Positions 11,411-24,889 of a stretch of 64,000 nucleotides of DNA are shown here, piece after piece. Every line of letters begins with the position of its first letter. Position 1 is the first letter of the stretch. The notes under the pieces are model-generated. The model did no database searches, was not told the DNA's origin, and worked only from the letters and a program-made list of their open reading frames with translations. Both the position numbers and the translations under genes were made by a program. The DNA comes from Hypanus sabinus (taxonomy: Eukaryota), in the NCBI RefSeq assembly GCF_030144855.1, contig NC_082710.1, forward strand, positions 165,230,001 through 165,294,000, read 5' to 3'.

Positions 11411-13750
11411 GCATTATCCCCTTATCAAGAAGAGAGCACAGCCTGGATGGTGGGACTTCTTGATGATGGATTCTGCTTTCCTGCGATACTGCTCTGTATA
11501 GATTTGCTCAATGGTGGGGAGGGTTTTACCTATCATGGACTGGGCTGTATCCAGTACTTTTTGTGGCATTTCTATTCAAGGACTTTGGTGTCTCCATACC
11601 AGACTATGATGCAACCAGCCAATATACTCTCCAACGCAATAGAAATTCATCAATGTTTTAGTTGATACGCCCAATCTTCACAAACTTCTATGAAAGTAGA
11701 GGTGCTGCTGCATTTTCTTCCAAATGGCACTAAGGACCCAGGGCAGATCCTTTGAAATGATAACATCGGGGAATTTAAAGTTGTTGACCCTGTCCACATC
11801 TGACCCCACTAGGGTGAGGACTAGCTCATGGATCTCTGTTATCCTCCTCCTGTAGTCAACAATAAACTCCTGGTTTTTTTGATTCCAATATGGATTCGGC
11901 ACCACTCTTGATTCGGCCCATGATAATGGTGTCATCCGTCAACTTAAATGTGGCATTAGAGCTGTGCTTAGCCTCACAATCGTAAGTATAAAGTGAGTAG
12001 AGCAGGGGCCTAAGTATACAGCCTTATGGTGCACCTGTACTTATAGTTACTGTGGAGGAGATATTGTTTCCAATGGGAACTGACTGGGGGTACAAGTAAG
12101 GAAATCGAGGATCCAGCTGCACACGGGGATATTGAGGCCTAGGTCATGGTGCTTAGTGATTGGTTTCAAAGGGGTGATAGTGTTGATTGCTGGGCAGTAG
12201 TCAATGAAGAGCACCCTGTCGTTTGCATCTTCACTGAACAGATGTTCCAAGGTTGAGTGAAGAGACAAAGAAATGGTATCTGTTGTTGACTTGTTATGAC
12301 AGGAGGAAAATTGGAGTGGATTCAAGTGACTCCTCAGGCAGGAGTTGATATGTTTCATCATCTACCTCACAAAGCACTTCATCACGGTGGATGTAAGTGC
12401 TCAGGACAATAGTCATTGAGGCAGATTACCACATTCTTTGGAGGCACTGGGATAATTGAAGTAGGTAGGCAACTCATATCAGCCTCAGAGACTGAAACCA
12501 CAGGGTTGTTGGGGGCTGAGGGAGAAGGTCAAAGTGAGTATAAAATGCATTGAGAAAATGAAACGTGGTTATCACCTATAGTGCTTGTTTTCACTTCGCT
12601 GGAGGTGAAAGCATTCATGCTCTGCAACAGCTGTCGAGCAACCTTCAGTGACTCACGTCTGGTCCTGAGTTGCCACTTTGCATGTGAGATGGCTTTCTGA
12701 AGATCATACCTGGACCTCTTGTATTTCACTTGTTGGCAGACCTGATAATCCATGACAATCATGGTGTATTTGTTCAGACCCTCTAATGAGCTCTTGGACA
12801 CAGCCCAGTTAACCAACTCAAAGCAGTCCTGAAGCCGCTACCTGGTCTCCTGTGACCACCTATTTGTTGTCCTTATATGTGGCATCTTACTCTTTTGTCT
12901 CTGCTTGTATGCCGGTAGGAGTACAGCCAAGTGATGAGATTTCCTGAAATGCTGTCTAGGGGTGGATCGCTAGGCATTCCTAATCATGGTAAGATAGTGG
13001 TCAAGTTTGTTGGGAACCATTGTGCTGCAGGAAATATGTTGATTATAATTGGGCAGAGATTTCTTCAAGCAAGCCTGCCTGATTGAAGGTCCCAACAATT
13101 ATTTGAAAGGTGGCAGAGTAGGATGCTTCTTTTTCACTAATCGTTGCACCCAATACCTCAAGAATTTGCTTAGCATCAGCTTTTGGCTGTAAGTACTGTG
13201 GTCAGGATGACAGAGGAGAACTCTATTGGTCCAGGTTAGAGGATCCGAGCATCTGAAAGAGTTTATCATGGAACACAGACTACCCCGCCACCCCCTCACC
13301 TTTAGCCCTCTCTGAATCAGCCTATGTATTGAATCCATGGTGTCCAGAGTGAGCCAAGTCTCCAGGACACAAAAATCCCATGGACCTGCTGGGTCAAGCC
13401 ACCTATTGCCATCCTGCAAGGCTCATGAGGAGAAATTTCCACGATGATTCATTTCATCAATGGGTAAGCATGACCATTGCAGGGGAGAAGCTCCAGGATC
13501 AGTTCCTGAAACCCATCAGGGAGTGGGACAATGAGACTGGTCATTCAAACCTCATCCCAGTCACTGTGCAATCAGTTCTGCCTCTGAAAGCACATGAAGC
13601 ATTTTTCTCCAAAGCCTGACGTGCAGACATTTCTATATTTGGGAAATACCATAAAATATTTGCAGCACTGTTTAGCTTTGATATAAAACAATAACTGTTT
13701 TTCTTTCCACTAATGCTGTCCAACTCTCTGAGTCTTTCAAGCATTTGCTG
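11410..13750 (-). mobile_element. Degenerate Rex/Babar LINE (APE + RT)
   Basis: Minus fragments CVLETWLT (APE) and NPLQFSSCHNKSTTDTISLSLHSTLEHL...RVLFIDYCPAINTI (Rex-type RT). Confidence 0.8.
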
Positions 13751-15179
13751 GGATCTTTTCCAACTACAGTTTTAAATTTCCATGTGTAATGGCATCTGTT
13801 GACTTTAACCACGTCAGAATGACAACACAGGAATGACAACATTCTTACTGATGTCTCTCACACACAAACCATGAGTCACTGACCAAATTGGTGAATACTT
13901 AGGTACTGTACTGACAATAGCACTTCATTCAAAGAGAAGACCAGAGACAGAATTTGAGTGAATAACCGACAGAAATATGACTGTGCATGCAAGCAGCTAC
14001 CACAAGCAGGAAGATAACTGAACTGGAGCTTAAACTACGCAGAAGGTATTCAGCAATAAAGCTGATATTCATTATGTACCATGGTAGTGGAGCTCTGTGC
14101 CAAAGTAGTGTAGCTATTAGTGAGCAGCTATTACAGCTCAGAGAGTCCTGGAGTTTGGAGTTCAATTCCAGAAAGGTATCTCTGTACATCCTCTCTGTAG
14201 GTTTTCTCCAGACCTTCTGGTTTTCTCCCATAGCGCCAAGACGTACCGCGTAGATTGTCGTGTCATTAAGTTAGAGTAAATTGGTTTCATTGGGGGTAGC
14301 GGTAGGGGCATGTCCCAAGGGCCAGAAGAGCCGACTCTGCCCTGCTCTGTGTTTTAGCCATATATAACCATATAACAATTACAGCATGGAAACAGGCCAT
14401 CTTGGCCCTTCTAGTCCGTGCTTTTTCTCTTTTGGAGAAAAGGTCAAGTACACTCAACCTATTCTCATAAGGTACACCCTCCAATCCAGGCAACATTCAT
14501 GGTGCACTGCATTTAATTGGACCTTTGGTTAAATGGACAACCATTAAAGAACGAAAGCTAATTGAGAAAATAGCTGAGATCCCCTTCCTTTGTTTGGGAC
14601 ACTATGCTGCTTAACTGGGGCAGGAGACTGTTTCCATTCAGTTTCTCACTATCATTTGCTTTTGTATGTTGTTAGACACTGCATCCTGCTAAATAGCAGC
14701 AGTTCTGTGTCTTTTTTGTCGCTGAAAGCTGTTGAGAGATTTTCCATAAGACAATTCAGACCTGTTTTGCTCATTGCGTTTTCAAGCATTCGGGTTAGAG
14801 AGGCCAGAAAGGGCCAGGAATTAAAACAAATTGATTTCTAGTCTCTACTACAACCAAGGCCACACAGCTCCCCCACCATCTAGTGCATGACCAAACAACC
14901 TGCAGCATCTTACATTATCAACGTCCAACAGGATCTTGTGATCGCAAGAGAAAAACCCATGGCTACACTGTATGCTGCCTTCCTGTTCCAATTCCAATGC
15001 TTCCTTCCGATGCTTTCCGGCAACAGGCAGCAACACAGCCGGCACCCAGTCCAGCACCCTCACCAATGAGAAGCTTGCTGATGGGGTAGACCTGCAGGAC
15101 CCAAACTTCTTGGAGTCCAGCATTGTCTTGCGATCTTAAAAAGGACACTTAACCATGGAAAAAGCACCTTTGTGGAAGT

Positions 15180-16150
15180 TGTGGACAATGATGTTTTGGA
15201 TACAGAGGCTCATGGGATTGTAGGCAAAGACTAAGACTAAGGTGGGCATTGAGAGTGCACCCAAATGCAAGTCACAGACACTGAAGTACTAGGGACAGGG
15301 CTAGGTGTGTCAAGAATGCAAGGGAAGTGGCGACAAGACACAGACCCCAGACGAGACTAGGATACAGGGCCTGGGCTAGGACTAGACTAGGAAAGCGGGA
15401 CCCGGACGAAGAAGTAGGAACTTGGAATCTGGACAATCACTCCAAGCCAGAAACTGGATAGGCACCCAGAACATGGGTCTTGACTCAGGCTCAGACATGG
15501 GAGACTGGAACACAGGGAGGGCCTTGGTCTCGGGAGGCAGGAATGCAGAACATGGCTGGGACCCTTCCTTGGGAACAGGACGTAGGGCCAGGACTCATAC
15601 ACAGAAAGCTGAACACGACAAGACAGGTCTCTACACTAGGCAGCGGCAAACGGCCAGACCTACCTAGCGAAGGCATGGACACAAAGAGATAGTTACAAAC
15701 ACCGAAAGACAGTTCCTTATCTGGACACAGCAAGGCTCCAGTCTTGCTCTGGCAGTAGAATTTGACAGCAAGGCTCCAGGCGAAAGGAAGCAGGTGAGGC
15801 TCCAGTCAAGGGCTGCAGAAAGAAGGGGAAGGGAAGGGAACAGTCCAGCCTGTAACAGCAAAGGCAGCCTGACTTACCCAACAGAGGCAAGGACAGGAAG
15901 GAACAGATCCAATCACAGGGTAACAGTAAAGACAGCCTGACTTACCCCACAGAGGTGAGAATGGATACTGACAAGCCAAACCAGCATCTACATTCGAACC
16001 CAGGCCCACTTATATTCCAGCCCCCAGTCGAAATTCAGGTGCCTATGATTAAGCCCAACTGAAACAAGGGACAGCTGGAAGACCCGGAGTCCAGAGTCCA
16101 CGGACCGGACCGTAAACTGAAACGCAAAGTTCACAGACCAGTCCATGGCA
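15180..16150 (-). mobile_element. Probable solo LTR (Gypsy-like) with internal short direct repeats
   Basis: Minus strand begins TGCCATGGACTGGTCTGTGAAC...GGTCCGGTCCGTGGAC; repeated GACAGCCTGACTTACCC; no ORF; distal boundary uncertain. Confidence 0.5.
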
Positions 16151-17210
16151 GTACCACTGCCAGCCCACCAACTGGAAAGTGTCATGGTTAAGGGTCGAAA
16201 CACTCTGTGAAGGTTGGGAACCATCTGATGACATCTGCTCCTGGCTGAACGCTATGGTTACCTCATAAGTATCTGGAGAATGCACCCTAACAGGTGCATG
16301 TAACAATGTAAAGAAAGAAAAAAAGGAAAAAAAATCTTTATCATATAGTGAAATATGTTATTCAGCAACATCTGTACTTTAAGAGCAAATCAGAGGTTTT
16401 TGAACATAGTTCAAAAATGGACCCCACAATGCTTGAAAGGCTTGACTAGATTCAGAAATTGAATAACGGATCTTCTCTAAATTTAAGCATAACATAACAT
16501 CACGTAACCATTGAGCATGAGTAGGTGGAACGACGTCCTTCCATTTAAGCAAAAGTGCCCTCCTAGCTATAAGAGAAATAAAAGGCGAAATGTACAAATC
16601 AGATGTCTCCAAAATAATATCGTTTCCTCCAACAATACCAAACAAGGCAGTCAAAGGGTTAGGCTTAAAATTTACATTGATAAGTGCAGAGAAAGTTTGG
16701 AATACTTCCTTCCAGTATTTTTCAAGACTCAGACAAGTCCAAAACATATGAATTAGTGAAGCTCCTCCATTGTTACATCTAGGGAGACAGTAGGGAGAGA
16801 TATCCGAATAAAAACGAGATAGCTTATCCTTGGTCATGTGAGCCCTATGAACCACTTTGAATTGTATGGTGGAGTGGCGGGCACATAACGATGAGTGTTA
16901 ACCAATTTAAAAATTCCATTCTAAGTTCCCTCAGAAATTGAAATCTGTGAATCTTGTTCCCAAAGGTTTTTAATTTTGTCTGAAGGTGCATTTTTCATTC
17001 CCAGTAACATGCCATAAATTAGTGGTTGCCAACCCGTCGATCACGATCGACTGGTCAATCTTTGAGACTTTCCCAGTAGATCCCCCCCAAAAAAAGAAAA
17101 ATAAATACACAAATACTGTTGAGAGATTGTTTCCGAGTTGTGGGGTTTTAGTTCCGTTCTTTCTGCCTAGTGTGCATGCATGTAGCTCCCCAGCACTACA
17201 CAGTGCAATT

Positions 17211-18045
17211 CAGTGGTCCCCAACCACCAGGCTACGAGGAATCTATATGAGAAGCTGTACCTTTCCTCATTCCCTGTATCGTCTAAATGCAATGATACCC
17301 TTGCGCCAGGGATCACTGGTTGGACTCGTGCAGCTGGCGGGAGGTGCCATTGCTACTGGCCTGGAGCACAGTCAGATGGGTGCCACCTCTAAACCTGTTT
17401 AGCACACCGAATGTTTGTGGGGAACCCAGTGTTAAAATATTCGCAGATGACCTAATTCAGACTCAGGGTTTCATAAGTAGCAGAGCAGCTACCTTGCTGC
17501 AATCTACTGAAAAAACTTTTGTTGGTGGATAGATCCTACAAGGTGGAGGGGGGCATGGGCAGGCATGTCCTGTCACAATCCTCGCTCGGTCGGCCGCTCT
17601 CTCCTGACTGCGAGCGCCGCGACCCTGGCTCGGGGACCTCCGGCTCTTACCTCGTCCTCTCACCACCCCCCCCCCCACGACCAGCCGCACCTGGCCAAGG
17701 CGTCTGGCGGCGGGCAGGAGGAGTCTGGAGTTCAGGCCCAGAGGTTGTCTAATGAGGCAATGAGGCCCTCAAAACTGCTTCAGTACCTTGAGTCCAAGCA
17801 CCCTGCTCTTAAAGACAAACCCGTTGAATTTTCTCAGTGGAAAAAAATGTGAGCAGGCGGGACAGAGGCAAGTGCTGATAGCTACGAAAACTAAATTGCA
17901 GAATAGACGGGACATAAGGAACCTGCTTCGAGTATCGCTGCATTCCAGTCATGTTTAACACACCCCCTCCCCCAATCGGCCGGTCCGCAAGAATATTGTC
18001 AATATTAAACCAGTCCGCGGTGCAATAAAAGGGTGGTGACCCCTG
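17211..18045 (+). mobile_element. hAT-Charlie deletion derivative
   Basis: Termini CAGTGGTCCCCAACC / GGTGGTGACCCCTG; remnant LSNEAMRPSKLLQYLESKHPALKDKPVEF of a Charlie/ZBED5-type transposase N-terminus. Confidence 0.8.
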
Positions 18046-18226
18046 GTGTTCATACACTATTTCTATTTCCAGGTTGCGGGGTTTTACTTCTGGTCTTTTC
18101 TGCCCCGGTGCGCAGGCATGTAACTAATCGATCTGGGGTCTATCTTGCCTTTCACTAAGGCCAAGGTAGGGGATCTTGGGCTTAAAATGGCTGGTGACCA
18201 CTACCATAAATATTAGATGTTGAACC

Positions 18227-18443
18227 TGATGCACCTTCAATAACTCACTCTGAGACGTAAAGGCGAGATATCGGCTTTTATTGACTGGAAGAAGGAACAA
18301 GCAGTGGTTGACCACCATACTACATCCTGGAGACTGAGAGGCCGGGCTCAGGCCTCAATCACCTTTATACAGGGGTCTGTGGGAGGAGCCACAGGAGCAG
18401 TCAGCAGGGGGCGTGTCCAGACAGGTATATGTAGTTTACCACA
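18227..18443 (-). mobile_element. Solo LTR (217 bp) with 5-bp TSD GAACC
   Basis: Reverse-complement homolog of 10400-10596; GAACC at 18222-18226 and 18444-18448. Confidence 0.9.
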
Positions 18444-18581
18444 GAACCATTATGAAAAGGTTTCAAATTAGAAATAACATCTAATAAGTTCTTATTAGGA
18501 CTTTCAGGAAATATATATATATAATTGAGATCGCAGAAAGTCTCCAATTTGTAGATATCGAAAAAAGTTGGTTTTTGGTAA

Positions 18582-18868
18582 ACACGAGGAATTCTGCAGA
18601 TGCTGGAAATTCAAACAACACACACAAAATGCTGGTGGAACACAGCAGGCCAGGCAGCATCTATAGGGAGAAGCACTGTCGATGTTTCGGGCCGAGACCC
18701 TTCCCGAGACCCGAGAAATGTGAATTTCCCCCTCCCCCCACTACTTTCAAATCTCCTATTATCTTTCCTTTTGGTTAGTCCTGACGAAGGGTCTTGGCCC
18801 AAAACATCGACCGCGCTTCTCCCTATAGATGCTGCCTGGCCTGCTGTGTTCCACCAACATTTTGTGTG
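18582..18868. mobile_element. Penelope-derived ~290-bp element with inverted arms and 12-bp TSD
   Basis: Arms 18621-18703 and 18786-18868 are reverse complements; GGTTTTTGGTAA at 18570-18581 and 18869-18880; the same terminal motif heads the GIY-YIG element at 30205. Confidence 0.8.
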
Positions 18869-21800
18869 GGTTTTTGGTAAGCTACATTTAGCTGACAATT
18901 TCTCAAACAAAAAGAGACTTCCTCCACAAGCAGATCCTGGAAGCATTTAATACCCAATCTATCCCATTCTTTAAAAACTGGATCGGTCATAGAATGTTTA
19001 AAAAAAATAGAAAAAATTTGACTTAAAAGAGAAAATCTCAATAAACCAAAAGTATTTTCTAAATTGTACCCAGATCCTCAAAGTATGTTTAACTACCAAA
19101 ATGTCAGTTAGTTTACTTAAAGATAAAGGAAGTGAGGATCCAAGAAGAGTAATAATAGAAAATTTATTAACTGAGTTAGCTTCTAAAGAGACCCATACCG
19201 AACAGTTCTCATGGTTAATATAGTATGACCAAAACCTAAGATTTCGTATATTGACTGCCCAGTAATAAAACCTAAAATTTTGTAAAGATAAACCTCCATT
19301 CATTTTAGCTTTTTGAAGATGAACTTTATTTAGTTGAGAATGTTTGTTTTCCATATATAAGAAGATAGAATAGAATGAAGAGAATCAAAAAAGGATTTAG
19401 GAATAAAAATGGGTAAGGCCTGAAAAAGGTATAGAAATTTAGGTAAGATATTCATTTTAATGGAATTAACTTGGCCAATCAACGATAACGAGAGGGGCAG
19501 GCAACCAGTTTGATAGTGCTGTTTTTACATAATTCAGTAGGGTAAGGTAAGTAGGTGTTTATAATTCTTAGTAATTGTTACACCCAAATAGGTAAATTGA
19601 TTTCTTACAATTTTAAAAAGGTTAGTATTAATTGCCACCTTTGCCACTAGTGTATCCAGCATATTGCCCATATTGTGGCCATTTCCCAATGAATCCCCTC
19701 CATTCAAAACAATCCAAGTCCTCCAGACTTGCAGAATTCCCTGAATTCTTCATCCTGGGTCAGTATTAACTAGCTACCCAGCCGCCTCCCATCCCCACAC
19801 CCACATCTCTCTGTTCATCACCCACGTGGACCGGCTAGTGTCCCTGGCTGACTAAACAGGAGATTCAACCTTGAACCCACAACAGGGATGCCAATTTTGT
19901 TATAAGAACTACCTTTTATAAGAATGATCAGTGAGGCACCGAGAGATCTGTATTGACCGACAAGAACCTTTATTGTTCAAAGTAACAAGTACGTGAATTC
20001 ATACACTAAGTACCTTGTGTGCAGCCCTGCTAAGTATCCCTGACTCTGCTGAAGAGTCAAAGATTAGCAAAGGTATTACTTAGGTAAAGGAGTCTATGCT
20101 GGCCAGTCATTCATCATAGTCCCGATCACACAGGGTTGCTCATATCGGTATCTGCGATGGTTATTCTTCAAAATCACCGCTGCCAGCACACACAAGGCAT
20201 CCACTTTTATATCCATTCCTTATCAATTCAAATATTGCTTTCCATTGTTATTGGCCACAGGTCATGTGTCTATCCTTTAACACTTTGTTACTGGCTCTGC
20301 TCCAAGCCATCATCAATTTATTGCCCCCTTCCCAGTTGATCATTTATGGCTGTTTGTTCTCAATCAGCAACCAGCTCAAATCACTCCAGTCAAGCACAAA
20401 ATGGACATTAGTGTGTCTTCACAAAATGACAGCCTCCATTCCCAGGCATGCAGAAAGAACAAAGACAACTAGACTGCTTGATTCCACTGTACTTGATTCA
20501 TTTGAATTCACTGATTTATAGAATGTAGTTCTTTCTGGCCAACAAACACCTCTGCCATGCTTGTCGCTGCCAACGACGTGTTCATGACAGGATTGTATGT
20601 TATCTCATTCTATACCGTTGTGAGCTGTGCCTTTGGATTTTGCTGTCCTTCATCGGCATCCAGTTGATGTAAGTGTCTCTGGCTCAAGGAGAGAATGCAG
20701 TTTCTTTAAAGAGAATGGAATACAAGAGCGAGTTCAGGCTTCAGCACTTCAAAATCAAGGAATTTTTAAAATCTGTATACATTTTAAAGGATAGGGTGAA
20801 AGAGAGATCATTATACGGTAATGTCAAAGGTGCTTTCTCATTGTTAGGGGCCTTTATATTGTGCGACATGCAGAGAACTGCTGCAGATTTCTGTTTTTTA
20901 TGATAATCTCGGTCCATCTAACTCTTCAGAGGGAGTACTTTACAGTAATGTGGAGGTTTTGACCATGGAGGAAGCTTTATGCTATAAGACATAGAGAAGG
21001 AGGTTCTCACAATGCCTGATGGAGTAATTCAGGAATTTCTCTGTACAGAGTAACATCCTGGGGTTTGTGTTGTAATTATGGAGTTAAATTTCTAAAATAC
21101 CTGTATTAAGCAAGAAACGTTGTACTGTCAGTGTGATCCAGATGAAGGTTTGATTGTTCCTTATTGGTCACCACCACAGCATTTGACTTAGGTAAATTAC
21201 TAACAGCAAATTTTAGAATACCAACAGTGTCATTAGTGGATGTAACCATGAATGTTGTCAGCTTATCAGGACTGCTTTAAATATGATGTGTTTGGTGTGT
21301 CCAGCACTGACTGCTCTCTCGCTCTGTTGGTTCTACTTGTTTCTGACAACTCGTCTGTATTTTTATTCAGACCCATGGTGTGGGACCGGAGTTAGTACCA
21401 GAGTATCTACAGTCAACATGCAGACTATGTTAAGCTGCATAATCTCTATATTGCCTCATGTATGGGGCAAAGCTTATTGGTGATTTGTTAAAAATTACTT
21501 TTATGTTCCCCTTCACAACTGTAATCTCCCTCAGTTGTATAATCCTCAAAAGACCTTCACATCATCTCTGGAACACTCCACTATTAACTTAATCACTCCA
21601 CTATTGCTGCATCCCATCAACTGTCAAATCCTGAAATAATGGAATCCCTCCCTAATCCAGTCGTATATTTCTGCTCCATCGAACTACCTGACTGAGGCTC
21701 TGTCTGCCTCTGTCTGCCTCTGGCTTTTGTTAACTGCACACTGCCAATTTATAGCGTTAACACTATGAAGTTCCCATAAATTTTTTTACTGCATTAAAGG

Positions 21801-21881
21801 CAATTTATAAATGCCAGTTTTGTAAATGAATCAAACTCTGCTTGTAGTAACTCTATCCCACACAGTCTTGGTGGCAAAGCC

Positions 21882-21904
21882 TCACTTTTGTATCTTGGTC
21901 ACAG
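21882..21904 (-). other. Candidate last exon (coding part) of CD2/SLAM gene: (A)VTKIQK*
   Basis: Strong acceptor ATCTCTTCTCACCGTTTCAG at 21905; open in phase 1; coding only if the exon-4 frameshift is corrected. Confidence 0.35.
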
Positions 21905-22200
21905 CTGAAACGGTGAGAAGAGATTGAAAGGGGTTCTGTTAGATTCATGAAGTTGCAGAAACAATGAAGGAAGGAGTCAGAATGCAACAGGGTGGGAGAA
22001 ACACTGATCAGAAAAATGCCCAAGGATGAAGGAATAGAAACCACAAGGAAATTGTCAGAAGAGGTACCTTGTTTTTCACAACAAATGCAAGATGAGGGAA
22101 TGAGAGAAAACACACAAGAACAAAGGTTACAGAGAATCTTGAGAAATTGGAAAAGGGCACAGTCCAGCCTCAAACTTTGAACAGCCATTCAAACTTTGAC

Positions 22201-22242
22201 CTTGCATATATTTAGATCCCATGAGAGGTACACTAATGCTTG
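22201..22242 (-). other. Candidate 42-nt cytoplasmic micro-exon 5: (A)SISVPLMGSKYMQ
   Basis: Acceptor ATTTCCTTTCTGTTCAG; donor CAAG/GTCAAA (weak); length divisible by 3 and open in phase 1. Confidence 0.4.
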
Positions 22243-22782
22243 CTGAACAGAAAGGAAATCCACACCCCAGGCATTGGTGAATGTGCAAGGGAAGACCACT
22301 CTTTTATGTGCTGCATTACAAAAAGGAAACTGGGGTCCACTGTGTTGGTGGCGGAGAGATGTTTGAGTTTTGTAGCAGATGGAGAGGTCGTCTAGTCAGG
22401 ATGGTATCTCCAGTCAGTTGAAGACAGAGAGCTTGTCCAATGTTGCAGGTTGGAACCAATGGAATAAAGGGTGTATGATGCAAGGTCTGTTGATGGGGCT
22501 GAATGAGAATAAGTTGAATGGGACCCACTGTGTTGGAAGTTAAGCAGGAAGATACTCTTTAAATGGTTCAGAAGAACAACTGAACTCCTGCCCAGGAGGT
22601 GGTCTGATTTCACTCCACTAATGATTGCCAGGTGGTGATCACTAGTTTAGTGAGGCCATACCTGATAGGATTTAATGGCAGAGATCCCATTCACAAAGAC
22701 TAACTTGAGCCCAAATATTGTGTGAGGCATTACCAGGTGCACATTTAAAAAGAGGATTCAAGAGTACCTACCTTCATTGAAC

Positions 22783-22883
22783 TTAAGCTCTCCTCCAATA
22801 CAAAGCGAAAATGATAACTATGATAGCTATCATAGCAGCAGCAAGAATTAAACCTATGTGGAGTGGCCTCAGTATCTTCTCAC
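22783..22883 (-). CDS. CD2/SLAM-family receptor exon 4 (TM + stop): GEKILRPLHIGLILAAAMIAIIVIIFALYWRRA*
   Basis: Acceptor CATCCTTTTTCAG; hydrophobic stretch then WRR; donor GAAG/GTAGGT at 22772. Confidence 0.85.
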
Positions 22884-23629
22884 CTGAAAAAGGATGGGCA
22901 GTCATCTGTGATTCTCTCAACAGATTAATTAAACTTTGCTTGAAATAGGAAATACAGCAGACTGGTGAAGCTGAGATCAAGAGAAGAGCTGATACAGATT
23001 TGCAAGATGACAACCATCTTAAGCAAGGTAAAGGGAGGGACGTTGACCTCATCGGCAGATAGTTCAAAGATCCGAGGTTACAGGAGCAAAAGGTGAAACT
23101 GGAGAGGGGAGAAGATGGGATAGATAGAGTGGCTGTATCCACATCTTGCTGTCTGTATGAATGGTGATTGCTACCAGAATTAATCAGAGCGTTCAAGAGA
23201 AAAACAGAAAAAACCTAGCCCTAGCATTAAAACAAAGCTATGCATCCTGAGGAAGGAGAGGGAAGAACTGGACTGACCCAATTATACTACTAGAGTCATT
23301 GAACAGAATGGCCTCCTTCTGCACAGTAAAGTTTAGTCATTGCAGAGAGGATGAAAACACATAAAAAGAACAAATAACAGATCTGAATATTCTAATATAT
23401 TGGTCCTGTCCTCAGGAGGAGCAATTCAGAAGAAGAATTATCAAGCCAATTCATTCTTTATTCTACTGATAAATTCACAATAATCATTAAATAAGATTAA
23501 TCATCAATGAAATTCCTCCTGCAAGGAAGAAAATTGTACTGTTCAAAGAAAATGTGGGTGGGCATACAACATCATTCTTATCAATTGATTCCTACGAAAG
23601 ATTAGACCAAATTACATTGGAGCAGATGA

Positions 23630-24810
23630 GGTCATTTGCCCCATTGAGTCTGCATTGCCATTCCATCATATAACCATATAACAATTACAGCAAGGAAACA
23701 GGCCACCTCAGCTCTTCTATTCCATGCCAACGCTTACACTCACCTAGTCCTACTGACCCACACTCAGCCCATAACCCTCCATTCCTTTCTTGTCCATATA
23801 ATTATCCAATTTTACTTTAAATGACAATACCGAACCTGCCTCTACCACTTCTACTGGAAGCTCATTCCACACAGCTACCACTCTCTGATTAAAGAAATTC
23901 CCCCCCATGTTACCCTTAAACTTTTGCCCCCAATTCTCAAATCATGTCCTCTTGTTTGAATCTCCCCTACTCTCAATGGAGAAAGCCTATCCACGTCAAC
24001 TCGATCTATCCTCCTCATTATTTTAAATACTGCTGTCAAGTCCCCCCCTCAACCTTCTACGCTCCAAAGAATAAAGACCTAACTTGTTCAGCCTTTCCCT
24101 GAAACTTAGTTGCTGAAACCCAGGTATCATTCTAGCAAATCTTCTCTGTACTCTCTCTAATTTATTGACATCTTTTTAATAATTCCATGACCAGAACTGT
24201 ACAGAATACTCCAACTTCAGTCTTACCAATGCCTTGTACAATTTTACATTACATCCCAACTCCTGTATTCAATGCTCTGATTTATAAAGGGCAGAATACC
24301 AAAAGCTTTCTTCACCACCCTATCCACATGAGATTCCACCTTCAGGGAACTATGCACCATTATTCCTAGATCAATCTGTTCTACTGCATTCCTCAATGCG
24401 CTACCATCTACCATATATGTCCTGTTTTGAATAATCCTACCAAAATGTAGCACCTCACGCTTATCAGCATTAAACTCCATCTGTCATCTTTCAGCCCACT
24501 CTTCTAACTGGCCTAAATCTCTCAGCAAGCTTTGAAAACCTACTTCATTAACCACAACACCACCTACCTTAGTATAATCTGCATACTTACTAATCCCATT
24601 TACCACCCCATCATCCAGATCATTAATGTATGTGACAAACAACATTGGACCCAATACAATCCCTGAGGCACACCACTAGTCACCGGCCTGCAACCTGACA
24701 AACAGTTATCCACCACTACTCTCTGGCATCTGCCATCTAGCCACTGTTGAATCCATTTTACTACTTCAATATTAATACCTGATGATTGAACCTTCCTAAC
24801 TAACCTTCTG
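23630..24810 (-). mobile_element. CR1 3' fragment
   Basis: Minus MEFNADKREVLHFGR...VKKAFGILPFINQSIEYRS; ATAACCATATAACAATTACAGC tail. Confidence 0.9.
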
Positions 24811-24889
24811 TGTGGAACCTTTTATGGAGATGATCTCTCTATCACTGCTTTTATTTTTGACAATTTTTCTAACTTAGCCTCATTTACTG

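Larger units (their letters stand above)
16330..19630 (-). mobile_element. L1-clade LINE 3' half, interrupted by hAT, solo LTR and Penelope insertions
   Basis: ORF 16379..16855 ARRALLLKWKD...NLEKIRY (L1 ORF2 end); ORF 18998..19354 LQKAKMNGGLSLQNFRFYYWA. Confidence 0.85.

Noticed and set aside
13920-14050. KITELELKLRR coiled-coil-like stretch ending at a GT
   Set aside because: Upstream stops in frame and no identifiable family; insufficient support
21992-22180. Charged plus-strand ORF (62 aa)
   Set aside because: It is the purine-rich complement of a pyrimidine-rich intron of the minus-strand gene; no recognisable domain
22884-23196. N-terminal 100 aa of ORF 22783..23196
   Set aside because: Intronic read-through upstream of the exon-4 acceptor
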